A DNA stretch of 64,000 nucleotides from Squalus acanthias. Lineage: Eukaryota. The notes beneath the pieces are model-generated. The model did no database searches and was not told the origin of the DNA. It was given only the letters and a program-made list of their open reading frames with translations. The stretch covers positions 23,624,001 to 23,688,000 of the forward strand of contig CM059432.1 in the NCBI GenBank assembly GCA_030390025.1, in the 5' to 3' direction. The first letter of the stretch is position 1. Every line of letters starts with the position of its first letter. Of the stretch, positions 1 to 12,220 are shown piece by piece. Both the position numbers and the translations under genes were made by a program.

Positions 1-910
1 GAGGCCGAACCAGTGTGTTTTATACAGGTTCATCATAACTTCCTTGCTTTTGTACTTGATACCTCTATTTATGAAGCCCAGGATCCCGTATGCTTTTTTA
101 ACTGCTTTCTTAACCTGCCCTGCCCCCTTCAACGATTTGTGCATATACCCCCAGGTCTCTCTATTCATGCACTCCCTGTAGAATTATACCTTTTAGTTTA
201 TATTGCCTCTCCTTGTTCTTCCTACCAAAATGTATCAATTTGCACTTTTCTGCATTAAATTTCATCTGCCACTTGTCCGCCCATTCCACCAGCCTGTCTA
301 TGTCCTCTTGAAGTCTATCACTATCCTCCTCACCATTCGCTGTACTTCTAAGTTTTGTGTCATCTGCAAATTTTGAAATTGTGCCCTGTACCCGCAAGTG
401 TAAGTCATTAATATATATCAAGAAAAGCAGTGGTCCTAGTACTGACCCTTGGGGAGCACCACTGTATACCTTCTTCCAGTCCGAAAAACAACCGTTCACC
501 ACTACTCTCTGTTTCCTGTCACTTAGCCAATTTTGTATCCATGTTGCCACTGTCCCTTTTATTCCATGGGCTTCAACTTTGTGGCACTTTATCAAACGCC
601 TCAACCGCATTGCCCTCATCAACTCTCTCTGTTACCTCATCAAAAAATCAATCAAGTTAGTTAAACACGATTTGCCTTTAACAAATCCGTGCTGGCTTTC
701 GTTAATTAATCCACTCTTGTTCAAGTGACTGTTAATTTTGTCCCGGATTATCGTTTCTCAAACCTTCCCCACTACCGAGGTTAAACTTACTGGCCTGTAG
801 TTGCTGGGCTTATTCTTACACCCTTTTTTGAACAAGGGTGTAACATTTGCAATTCTCCAGTCCTCTGGCACCACCCCAGTATCTAAGGAGGATTGGAAGA
901 TTATGGCCAG
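1..910 (-). mobile_element. CR1-type LINE fragment (reverse transcriptase region, internally deleted)
   Basis: Minus-strand ORFs give [26 protein letters not shown] and WRIANVTPLFKKG..NYRPVSLTSVVGK. Similar to the plus-strand copies at 7130-9050 and 55447-57012. Confidence 0.95.
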
Positions 911-1272
911 TGTGGTGAAGGTACTCCCATAGGGAGTTAGTATCCTTCTTTGTAGTGGTTTGGTGCAACTGAGTGTCTTGCTAGGCCATTTCAGAGGGCA
1001 GTTGAGAGTCAACCACATTGCTGTGGATCTGGAGTCACATGGAGGCCAGACCAGGTAAGGACAGCAGGTTTTATTCCCTAAAGGACATTAGTGAACCAGA
1101 TGGGTTTTATGACAATCCGGCAGTTTCATGGCTGATACTAGCGCTTTATTCCAGATTTATTTAATTACCTGAACTTTAAATTCCCCAGCTGCTGTGGTGG
1201 GATTTGAACCATGGATTAGGTCAGACCTCTAGGATTACTAGTCCAGTAACATAACCACTATGCTACCGTAGC
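911..1272 (-). mobile_element. tRNA-headed SINE (family A)
   Basis: Minus-strand A box GGTAGCATAGTGGTTA (1253-1268) and B box GGTTCAAATCCC (1199-1210). The body matches the plus-strand copy at 32865-34415. Confidence 0.8.
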
Positions 1273-1439
1273 CGACAGCAGATGTTCCCTGTTCAAAGCA
1301 GAAAATTGTCGTCACTTCCTCAGCCTTGACTCTGTTTATCTCTACAGTTTACTGAGGGATCCATACTTCTTGATTAATATACTTTACTGCTGTTGTGCCC
1401 ACATTTTCATTTTAAGCAAGAAGAAAAAGAAAATTGATT

Positions 1440-1830
1440 GCTCCCCCAGTGGCTCAGTTGGTAAGTATACTGTATACAGACTAGGACGTTCCATATTTGA
1501 CTCCCTGGCATGTGCTGAGTTAGCTCTTCTCAACTGGGGTAGTGAGTCCATTGCTACAATTGACCTCAGTGCCCCATGGATAGTGAAGGACAAAATCAAG
1601 CCAAAGTTTACTGCTTCGGATTGCGATCTAGTAACTCCCGCTGGAAAGTTCACATGTTTGGTCATCAGATGCTGACAAGACCAAACTCAGCCACGTGGCT
1701 TCCCAGGATCCAGTTGCCTGCCCATGCTCACTGCCTAGGGTCTCATATGAAGAATGGCCACTTGGCGCCCATGGAACAGTATTCAAGGAAGGAGTCAACG
1801 TCTTCAGGAAGGGAGGGGAGACAAAATAGT
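1440..1830 (+). mobile_element. old tRNA-headed SINE (family B)
   Basis: A-box-like TGGCTCAGTTGG at 1450, then the motif TGTGCTGAGTTAGCT, which recurs at about 5752, 17240, 38960 and 57555, and inverted near 11760, 40470, 43430 and 52700. Confidence 0.55.
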
Positions 1831-2530
1831 GTTTTTTAAACAATTCAGTAACAACCAAGAGTGGGCGTGGGCTATTTGATGTACTGAAGCCTGCTCCACC
1901 ATATTCAGGCATGGCCTCTTTTTCATTTTAAGCCCAATAGCCTTTGTTTTTTTTTTCTCTATGATCTAATTATATAAGGAACTAACCGACCCCTTTAGTA
2001 TTGCTCACGGTATGTTGGATGATTCCATGTTTCACAAGGATTATACCACGTAACACACAATGCAGTATCCTGTTGCGAAGGTGGATCTAAGGTTAAGCAC
2101 ACAAAGTCTAAATCCTGTAAATAAACACACCCTGAAGTTATTGAGAGTTTAATTGCTATTTGGCAGGTGAAGTTTGCAGTTTAGAAGGTGTGTGTAAATT
2201 CCCAGTTCAAGGCCAGAACAAGGCAGCATGAAATGACTGCTTACCTTTCTCTTTTCTTAATATAAACTTTTTACACTTCAAAAGTATGATGTTTCAAAGT
2301 ATGACGCATCAAGGTATGATACTCTCAAACCTTTATTATAGATAAATGGAACATAGCTACTTAATAGGGACTGAAGGAGTAACAGTAACTAGACAAAAAA
2401 GAGAACCCTCTGCATTCTCAGTCTTCTAAATATTACATGAATGGAGCAATTGGGCACTACTGGAAGCTTACTTACCTTGAAATTGAGTCCTTTGAATATC
2501 CATACAATAATGTTAGTGTGAAATCTCTTT

Positions 2531-3043
2531 GTCTGCTATTTTAACAGGAGGCAGGATGAATGGGTGCGTGGGGTATGCTCGAATGCCAAGGCTGCTAAAG
2601 GCCTGGAGAGATTTCAGCTCCCAGGCCTTATTTTTATAACGTACATCAAACTTCCACCCATCCCGGCGGGAATCACTGCCTGGCCAGTGGGCAGTTAGCG
2701 ATCGCGGTTGTGGGAGGAAGGGAAGCCTGGGGCAGGCGAACACTCCTGCTCTTCATGGCCCACAAGGAAACCTTACAAATTTGTAATTTACCTGGGCCTC
2801 TTCTGGTCCTTGATCAGGTTAGGCCTGGTGGGGAAGCCACTATTGCTTCATCACTCAAGCCTCAGGTTAACATTGCAGTCAGGCCCCGATGACACTATCT
2901 GCATATTTGAAGAAGGACCCTGCCGGCTTCAGAGGGTTGTCCTTGTTGCCTGCAATTTAACATTGCGGTCGGCTACCTCAGAGCGGGAAGACAGTGGATA
3001 GGTCCTCCGCTCCATTTTAAATGTGGGGGTTAAAATTCCTCCC
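2531..3043. mobile_element. degenerate GC-rich MITE-like element (Harbinger-type ends)
   Basis: Right end GTTAAAATTCCTCCC with a decayed counterpart CTGCTATTTTAAC on the left; GC-rich interior like the other MITEs here. Confidence 0.45.
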
Positions 3044-3609
3044 TAAGTGTTTGTTCACTGTTTTTTGAAGAGCCCTTGTTCAAAACTACTGTTTCTTATT
3101 CAACAAGATGAACTCTGCTCTGACAAATCATGCGACTGGAAACAATTAATAATGTCTACAGCGCTGGTGGTTTGCTTTTAGAAACCATGAAGACGGTCCT
3201 TGCGGGCCGAGCTCATGGTGCTCTTTGCTAGCAGGTGGTCGCACACTGTAACAAGTGGACTGAGAAGTTTGCTCCAGCCTGCACCAGGGGAAGCCTCCAA
3301 ATTAGATTCACTCACCGCAGTGCTGATGGTGAAGCATGCTGTCACTCATTTGATGTTGTGCAATATTGGAGCTGAATGATTAGCAGCAGCAGCAGCAAAC
3401 ACTGTGCTTATAAAATCCAAAGCCTGCCGTCCAAATTACAGATGTTCGCTCACTAGGAGACATGTCATGGAGGAGACGCGAGACCCAGCCAGCTCTCACG
3501 TCGAGAAAACTTCTAACAGTCCTTCTGTTTTTATTTTCTTCTTTATTTTCTGCTGATTACAGCAACAAGAAAGATTTGATTTACAACACTATTTTTCTTT
3601 CCATCGATT

Positions 3610-3970
3610 TAAGGTTTTGATAGAGTGGATACAGAGAGAGTGTTTCCACTTGTGGGGAAGAGCAAAACTAGAGGCCATCAATGTAAGATAGTCACCAAGA
3701 AATCCAATAGGGAATTCAGAAGAAACTTCTTTACCCAAAGAGTGGTGAGAATGTGGAACTCGCTACCACAGGGAGTGGTTGAAGCGAATAGTATAGATGC
3801 ATTTAAGGGGAGGCTAGATAAGCATATGAGGGAGAAGGGAATAGAGGGTTATGCTGATAGATTTAGATGAGGAAAGACGGGAGGAGGCTTGAGTGGAGCA
3901 TAAACGCCGGCATGGACTGGTTGCGCTGAATGGCCTGTTTCTGTGCTGTATATCCTATGTAATCCTATGG
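3610..3970 (+). mobile_element. CR1 LINE 3' end
   Basis: ORF2 C-terminus TRGH..RRNFFTQRVVRMWNSLP, followed by the 3'UTR and an ATCCTATG repeat tail. Confidence 0.92.
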
Positions 3971-4149
3971 GATTTCTACATAAATTAAATTCTCATAATC
4001 TGTATAGACAGTATTCAGCCCCCCACCCAGGGTACTGAGTCCTGCTCACCTAATCCACAGGTTTTCACTTTGGACGTACTAAGTTTTCTGTTCCTGTGAC
4101 TTCTGTATTTTTGTGTATTTGTTCAGGCAAATTGTTCGTTGTGGCAAAA

Positions 4150-5090
4150 AATCATAGAATGATACAGCACAGAGGGAGGCCATTAATCCCATCGTGCCTG
4201 TGCCGGCACTTAGAAAAAACTATCCAATTAGTCTCACTCCCCTGCTCTTGCCCCATAGCCCTGCAAATATTTCCCCATTCAAGTATTTAAAGGGTTCAAA
4301 TACCAGGGGATGCAAGTTAAGAGTATTAAGGGAAGTCAGGTAGTACTTTTGCACTGAAAGGGTAATAAAGCTGTTGATTAAATTATTAGAGGAGGCTAAA
4401 AAAGCAGACAATTTAAGTGGACTCAAGAGAAACCTGCAGTTATTTGGAGAGCTGACTGATATGAGAAGGTGGGTATAAGGGGTTAATCTATTAAAAAAGG
4501 GCAACTTTTTGGGCCTAATGACCTTTTCCTATTCCTCTATATTCTGGTATTGAAATTGGGGCATGTGCTTGCTTGTTTTCTTGAAAAGCAAGTTTTGTTG
4601 ATCATAGCACTTGATCAGTGATCCAAAATGCTCTTCAGTTTACTCATTGCTTGGTGAATAAGGCTTTAAAGCTATCATAATCAATTAGTCTCATGTTCCT
4701 GGGCGAGGGAGGGGAAAATCAGGCAGGCTTCTTACCCTTGAGCCATATTCAGTAATTCTTACCTGAAATTGCGTGTGTGTTGGCAAGATGGGACTGGACT
4801 CAGCTATGAGGATTTTGATAGCGTGAGCAGGGAAAGTCTATTTCCTCTGGTTGCGAAGTCAATGGCGAACTATCTGAACTAAGACAGTTGTTTGAGCATA
4901 GAGTGCTTTGCCACTGGGACTAATTGAGGCAGTGTCCATTGCATCGTTTAAGGGAAATTGGATAAATATTCTAAGCAGAGGAAGATACAGGATTATGGGG
5001 AGAGAATGGGGCATTGGAATTGTTCTAGTAAAGAGTTGCCACAGATCAGTTGGGCTGAATGGCCGCCTTCTGTGCTGTAAAGTTCTGAGC
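4150..5090. mobile_element. cluster of decayed CR1 3' fragments in both orientations
   Basis: Inverted CR1 tail (ATCATAGAAT..CAGCACAG..GGCCATT) at about 4150-4290; decayed plus-strand 3' ends at about 4290-4550 and 4810-5090. Confidence 0.6.
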
Positions 5091-5721
5091 TTTTATATAA
5101 TCTTTTAATTCATATTCTGGGAGCCAGGTTCTGTGGGCCAGCTCCTGATGTTTATGCTGTTAAATCTGTTTCCATTGCCCTACCCGTCTGCCAGAAAAAG
5201 GATTTAGCAGCATTAATGTCAGGATTCAACTGATGAACCCTGGACTTCTGGATCGAATTAAAAAAAAAAGTATAAAAGCAGCTTTCGTCTCCACCCTGTA
5301 TGTCTCTGTTTGGTAAATTTCAGAAAATTTTCCATCCTTAGGAGTTCTACCTTAATTGTACTTCTAGCTAGATCTTTCATTCTCCGTACACTTGCGCTCA
5401 TCCATAAGTCTGCTGTCTGTATCCTGACTTATACCAAGTCCCGTTCACTGATCACCTCTGTGCTCGCTGACCTACATTGGCATGCAAGCCTGGCCGTGCC
5501 TTCAGCTGTCTATCTAGGCCCTAAGCTCTGGAATTCCCTCCCTAAACCCCTCTACCTCCCCTCCTTTAAGACACACCTAAAAATCTACCTCTTTGACCAA
5601 GCTTTTGGTCATTTGTCCCAATATCTCCTATGTGTCAAATTTTGACTGATAACGCTCCTGTGAAGCACCTTGGGACATTTTACTATGTTAAAGGCACTAT
5701 ATTACTGCAAGCTGTTGTTGT
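5068..5721 (+). repeat. chimeric repeat copy 1: ~300 bp non-L2 head plus internally deleted L2 3' end
   Basis: Colinear with 43662-44936. The 3' half encodes L2-like SLITSVLADLHW and LGPKLWNSLP and ends in TGCAAG plus a (TTG)n tail. Confidence 0.8.
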
Positions 5722-6855
5722 AGATTAAAAAACTAGAGCGAGAAGTTGTTTGTGCTGAGTTAGCTGATTCATCTTACGACTTCAATAAAGCACTACATTT
5801 TGCCACAGCATCTTTGGACAAAAGGGAAGACAAATGAATCAGATTTCCAATCCCAGTGGCTATCCTGTCCTCCCACTGTTGATGGTGGTCTCAAATATAA
5901 AGCTGGTGGCCTCCGTAAACTGAACCTTATCCAATCAAATTCTCCTCATTTTTTTTTCTCTCCGCTCAAATTGTGAGCAACAATATCAGGGAATTTGTAA
6001 GCAGCTGCAGCTTGAAGATGTATCCTAAACATGATGATAGTTCTTTGAATAATGCAGCTGTTTGATGTTTCATATTGATTTTGTACAACGATAGTACGAA
6101 TGGACATTACCCCTATGAACTCCTTAATGAACCCGGGACATAGCAACGTGGCACTGTGCGTTATGATATCGCAACATCTGTCTTGATGTTGGATTCCCGT
6201 TTGCACATGCACCTGATTTTCATGACTGCCTGCATAGAGTTCGAGTTCACTTTAAAAAAAAAAGTGACCTCCAATGGGCCTTGATTTGAAACAGCAGCAG
6301 GAGTGTAGGTAAGTAGAACAAACTGACACACAAAGGTTGTGTGTTTCATTTAAGCACTGTGCCAAGTGCTCTACTTAAAAACAAATCAGCTTATTGAGAA
6401 CACCCTGTTGGATTTTTTTTTAAATGTGCTGTACATAGATCTCTATATAAACATGCTACCAGATGCTGCTATGATTCATTTGTGACCAGGATCCATTGAA
6501 AGGCAATAAAGCCTGAGAAACTGATTTTAATTTAACTACAGCTTTGCCTTATACCGGAACTATCTCCAGTGAGGTAAAACTATCCAATGTACATATACCT
6601 CCTTGCTTTTCGCTCACACTCCATCAGGGGTTGTAATTTAGTTAGTGGCTTGGCTTTGATCATGTCCTACAGTACCCAAAACTGAACAAACTCACTGAGA
6701 GGGAGATTCAGTCATTACCGCACATACAAAGGTAGGTTACATGTAACGAGGAGCTTGTTACAAAAACCCAATTGAATGCTCAATATGCAGACTCATTTCT
6801 GTCTGCATCTGTCATTCTAAGAAAGGTTTCTGGGCCTGGTTGGCAACAAGATAAC

Positions 6856-9451
6856 AGCCCCAATTATAACTGAGGGCGGGTGGGAGGGAAAGTTGCCTGG
6901 ACTCCTTGCTGTGAGGTCCAGGACATTCTAACTCCCAGCCTTCATTTGAATGCTTCAGATGTCTTTCGGCTGAAATCATTGGGAGTGACATCACGGACGA
7001 CAGGCAGGAGCAGGAATTGAGGGTGGGGTTGGGGGAAGTGGGACACTGCCAGGGTCTCAAGGAAACGGTCCCCAGCATCAGGTAAGTGCTGAAGGGCAAG
7101 ACAGATGTCAGGTCGAGAATACATCTGAGAATCAGGCTAAATATAGAAAGTTCAGAGGAGAAGTGAAAAAGAAAATAAAGAGAGGCAAAGAGAGGGTATG
7201 AGAATCGAATGGCAGCTAACATAAAAGGTAATCCAAAAGTCTTCTATCGGCATATAATTAGTAGAAGGGCAGTAAGAGGAGGGGTGGGGCCGATTAGGGT
7301 CCAAAAAGGAGACCTACGCGTGGAGGCAGAGGGTATGGCTAAGGTGCTAAATGAATACTTTGCATCTGTCTTCACCAAGAAAGAAGATGCTGCCATAGAC
7401 ATAGTGAAGGAGGAGGTCGAGGAGATACTGGATGGGATAAAAATTGAAAAGAGGAGTTACTAGAAAGGCTGGCTGAACTTAAGTAGATAAGTCACCAGAA
7501 CCAGATGGGATGCATCCTAGGGCGCTGAGGGAAGTGAAGGAAGAAATCGTGGAGGTACTGGCCATAATCTTCCAGTCCTCCTTAGAAACAGGGCTGTTGC
7601 CAGAGGACTGGAAAATTGCAAATGTTACACCCTTGTTCAAAAAAGGGTGTAAAGATAAACCCAGCAACTACAGGCCAGTCAGTTTAACCTCGGTAGTGTG
7701 GAAACTTTTAGAAACAATGATCAGGGACAAAATGAACAGTCACTTTAACAAGTGTGGATTAATTAAGGAAAGCCAGCACGGATTTGTTAAAGGCAAATCG
7801 TGTTTAACCAAAATGATCAAGTTTTTTGATGAGGTAACAGAGAGGGTTGATGAGGGCAATACGGTGGACGTGGTGTACATGGATTTCCAAAAGGTGTTCG
7901 ACAAAGTGCCACATAATAGGCTTGCCAGCAAAGTTGAAGCCCATGGAATAAAAGGGACAGTGGCAGCACGGATACGAAATTGGCTAAGTGACAGGAAACA
8001 GAGAATAGTGGTGAACGGTTGTTTTTCAGACTGGAGGAAGGTATACCAGGGGTCGGTTCTAGGACCACTGCTTTTTTTGATATATATTAATGACTTGGAT
8101 GTGGGTGTACAGGGCACAATTTCAAAATTTGCAGATGTCAGAAAACTTGGAAGTATAGTGAACATTGAGGAGGAGAGTGATAGACTTCGAGAGGACATAG
8201 ACAGGCTGGTGAAATGGACAGGCACGTGGCAGATGGAATTTAATGCAGAAAAGTGCGAAGTGATATATTTTGGTAGAAAGAATGAAGAGAGGAAATATAA
8301 AGTAAAGGGTAGAATCCTGAAGGGGGTGCATGAACAGAGAGACCTGGGGGGTATATGTGCACAAATCATTGAAGGTGGCAAGGCAGGTTGAGAAAGCAGT
8401 TAAAAAAGCTTACGGGACCCTGGGCTTCATGAATAGAGGTATAGAATAGAAAAGCATGAAAATTATGATGAACTTGTATAAAACACTGGTTCGGTCTCAA
8501 CTTGAGTATTGTGTCCAATTTTAGGGCACCACACTTTAGGAAGGATGTTAAGGCCTTAGCGAGGGTGCAGAAAAGATTAACGAGAATGATTCCAGGGATG
8601 AGGGACTTCAGTTACGTGGCTAGACTGGAGAAGCTAGGGTTGTTCTCCTCAGAGCAGAGAAGATTGAGAGGAGATTTGATAGAGGTATTCAAAATCATGG
8701 GGGGTCTGGACAGAGTAGATAGAGAGAAACTGTTCCCATTGGCGGAAGGGTCGAGAACCAGAGGACACAGGTTTAAGGTGATTGGCAGAAGAACCAAAGG
8801 CGACATGAGGGAAAACTTTTTTACTCAGTGAGTGGTTAGGATCTGAAATGCACTGCCTGAAAGGGTGGTGGAGGCAGCCTCAATCACGGCTTTCAAAAGG
8901 GAGTTGGATAAGCACCTGAAGGTAAAAAATTTGCAGGGCTACGGGGAAAGGGCGGGGGAGTGGGACTAGCTGAAGTGCTCTTGCAGAGAGCCGGCACGGG
9001 CTCGATGGGCCAAATGGCCGCTTTCCTTGCTGTAACCATTCTATGATTCTCTGAGGTGGTTCAGAGCCATAACCGGTCAGGAGAGGGAGAGGGAAGGCCA
9101 TGGCACTCCTGCTCCTTAAGGAATGCTTTCAAAAATTATAAAATTAAACTTACCTTGGCCTCCTCTGGCCATGCTACAGCCTCCAGCCAGCTTTCACTTG
9201 TGGATTTGCCTCTGTGCAAGCCTCCCACAATTTGGCGTTGCGGCGCCAATCACGTTATTGGGCCGGCACTTGCACACTTCAATTAGGCCCCCGCATACCT
9301 GGGACCGGCGGCCCTCCCGTGTCTGAAATGTCCCTGGTTAAAATAGCAACAGGTGGGAATGCTTTGGGAACACCGGATGAAGCCACACAGATGCCATTTT
9401 AGTGATCCGCCTGCCCCGTTTTTCTGGGCATTCTGGGTTAAAATCGGGGCT
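6856..9451. mobile_element. MITE-like element split by the CR1 insertion at 7130-9050
   Basis: Imperfect inverted ends AGCCCCCAATTATAAC / GTTAAAATCGGGGCT, flanked by AAC on both sides (6853-6855, 9452-9454). Confidence 0.55.
7130..9050 (+). mobile_element. 5'-truncated CR1 LINE (ORF2 RT, frameshifted)
   Basis: ORFs 7209-7463, 7510-8391 and 8502-8831 with QHGFVKGKSCLT, DFQKVFDKVPH, QGSVLGP and KFAD; ATTCTATG tail; possible duplication CTGAG (7125-7129 / 9051-9055). Confidence 0.97.
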
Positions 9452-10956
9452 AACATGCCTAGTGACGTGTGATACTTTTGAGTCAGTCAGTACCACATGA
9501 TTTCAGGACACTAGAGATGACCAGCTAGCCTGACCAATTGATGGAACCTGGAGGGAACTGGGGGAAGAGGGCTGGTAATCTTCCCACTTTGGTTCCAGAT
9601 AAACCTGTAAACCAATGAGTACTGTGGTCCCAGCTGGTCCGGGAAGTAGGAGCTTACTTGTGCTTTGCGCTGATGAGCTATGCAGTGTTAGATGGTTCGA
9701 CTTCAGCAGTACCCCTGCGCACACTTTTGGGAGTCACTAAGGAAACCTGGATCTAAGTTATGAGGGCTTTAATAAGTAGGATGTGTCCCTACGGGGAGAG
9801 GGTGTGCATTCCATATCAAGGAAACAGAGATTCTACTTGCGCGGATTTCTCAGTAGTTTGGCTTAACTTGGAGATGCTGAAGCACGGGAATGGACGCCAG
9901 CTAACAAAAATGAAATGTTTCTCCATTCATAAATCTATCATTGAACTCACCCGTGGACAGTTACACCAGGATTGTGTCTGCCAGGGCCCTCTGCTGTTGA
10001 TTCCAACAGATTGTCTGAAGGAGGATGTTCCTTAATTCGGCTGTAAATTTCCATACTACTGGGGGTGTATCTATGGTGATCTGCATACTTCGAAGGCTGG
10101 AAAGTCTGACTATAGGATGTCTCACTGAGGAGAGTGGGGGAGCCAGGTCCCCTCCCACTGGAAGCAAGTTTCAGGTGTCTCATAAGGGTGCTGCTTTAAT
10201 AAAAAAATAAGTTACATCTTGTTCCCAAAACTCAGGGGTCTATAGTATGATCCCAGCTTGGACCCCAAGTTGGGCCTCACTATTGCCAGTGGTGCAGTAC
10301 CTCCACTGACTATGTGCAAAGCCACAATGAAAGCTTGGGATATGGGAACTCTCAACATAGACAGTTCCTGTCCCCAGTCCTGATCCCTTGTGACAGTGGC
10401 CATGTTTGTGATGGGTGGAGGCTCCATTCCAACTGGTCAAAGAGGAAACTCTCTTGGAAGGCTGGGACTCGATGTAACTGCTTCCTGGCTGACTCCTGCC
10501 AAAGTTATGCTGGAATGTCTGGGAATTTTCGGTCTTATTTCATGATTTGATTAACTCATAAACATTGCCTAATTACCAGACAATTTTGAGATTTTTTTGG
10601 TAATGGATTTGATGAGAACTGTCTGTTCTTTTATTCATCCATCTGTTTCATTGTCCACATATATTAACATCACGAGGTATCCAGGAGGGCATGTTGCCAT
10701 ATTCATAAACAGCGGAGGGCACCATATCAAAATTAAAAGTACAGGAACCAGAGTTGAGGAAGTTTACCCTGCAGCAGATGCACTGTCTACTTGTGTTTTC
10801 TCAAGATCTGAAAACTGTGGAACTCCTCACATCCCTCAATTTTCTGTTCCTCCTACAATTAACAGACTTTAGAACTCAAGCTTGGTGTCACCCAATCACT
10901 CCTTCCTGATTTACATTGTCTTACTTTTCTCAGCCTTGGTGTTAATATTTCCCTCA

Positions 10957-11405
10957 GCGTCGCTCAATGGGTTGCACTCTAGCATTTGAGTCAGAAGGTC
11001 GTGGGTTCAAGTCCCACTCCAGAGAGTTGAGCACAAGAACTAGGCTGACACTTCGGTGCAGTACTGTCAAAGGTGCCGTCTTTTGTTGAGATGTTAAACC
11101 GAGCCCCCGTCTGCACTCTCAGGTGGATGTAAAAGATCCCATGGCACTATTTCGCAGAAGAGCAGGGGAGTTCTCCCCAGTGTCCTGGCCAATGTTTATC
11201 CCTCAACCAACATTACTAAAAAAAAAATGATCTGGTCATTATCACATTGCTGTTTGTGGGAGCTTGCTGTGTGCAATTGGCTGCCGCGTTTCCTACATTA
11301 CAACAGTGACTACACTTCAGAAGTACTTCAGTGGTTCAAAATCGCTTTTTGACATCCTCAGGTTGTGAAAGGCGCGATATAAATGTAAGCTTTTCTTTCT
11401 TCTTT
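10957..11405 (+). mobile_element. Deu-domain SINE (SacSINE1/AmnSINE1-like) with L2-type tail
   Basis: B box GGTTCAAGTCCC (11004); central CCCATGGCACTATTTC..GAAGAGCAGGGGAGTTCTCCCC..TGTCCTGGCCAAT recognised from memory as the Deu domain; tail GAAAGGCGCGATATAAATGTAAG followed by CTTT repeats. Confidence 0.85.
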
Positions 11406-12082
11406 GTACCTAGGTTTCTCAATTGAAAAGGTATTGAAGTGGAGCTCAACAGCAGTCTGCCTGAGAACCATTTCATTACACAGCACTATCCCTTAATTCT
11501 CTTGCCAATTTTCTTCTCTTCTGTCTCCAGTCCTGAAGGCATTGAGTCATGCTGAGGTATAATTCCATGGGTGTGTGCGTACTCTGGTATTTGGCTATTT
11601 GACAGTGACTGACTTACCTCACTCCATAGCCATATGTGTACTTCGAGCAGGGGTCACTGGTTAGAAATCAGGACTGGAACCCCTGAAATTTCACTTCGTT
11701 AAACTGAGCAAACTGAGGTTAATTGTAGTGCCTTAGTGCTGTCCCAGTTGTGATTAACTGATTTAACACAGATCAGGGATTAAGCCTGAAGCTTTCTTGT
11801 GATGGCTCAGGTCCTCATTGGATGAACCACCTCGGAACCATTTTCACCTTTTTTAATTCAAGTACAGGAAACTCTCGTTTAAACGGCACCTAAATATCCG
11901 TAATTCTCTATTAACCAGCAAAATTCATACTCCGAAAACAACTCCTCAATAACCAGCAATGTTGCCGAGTCCGAGTCTCCCGCGAACGCCGAGTTAGTCA
12001 GTGGGGGTAGTTCTCCAAAGTGCTACTACTTGGCTTCCTGGCGCTGTCGGAAGTCCGAACACCGCAATAACAGGAGTCTGAT

Positions 12083-12184
12083 TCTCCCGCGCTGCCGGTA
12101 GTCTCTTCTGATCCGACATTTTACTGTGTGTCTCCCGCGCTGCTGGTAGTCTCTTCCGATCCACCATTTTTCTGTGTGTCTCCC
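12083..12184 (+). repeat. 48-bp tandem duplication in the Tigger 5' UTR
   Basis: TCTCCCGCGCTG(C/T)GGTAGTCTCTT..CTGTGTG at 12083-12130 and 12131-12178. Confidence 0.9.
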
Positions 12185-12220
12185 CATGTTTATCGTGAAT
12201 TATCTCCTCCATCTTGCATT

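Noticed and set aside
357..728. Antisense ORFs over CR1 copies (also 7740-8381 and 54914-55207)
   Set aside because: They are shadow frames of LINE ORF2 with no independent evidence of coding.
5230..5262. CTGATGA..CGAA hammerhead-like word in the chimeric repeat head
   Set aside because: No GAAA, no convincing stems, and the second copy (about 43800) lacks the core.
9947..10872. Short ORFs or possible exons in unique sequence
   Set aside because: No recognisable protein similarity and no consistent splice-site pairs.
10957..11030. tRNA gene
   Set aside because: It has A/B-box-like sequence but continues into a SINE body and shows no clean cloverleaf.
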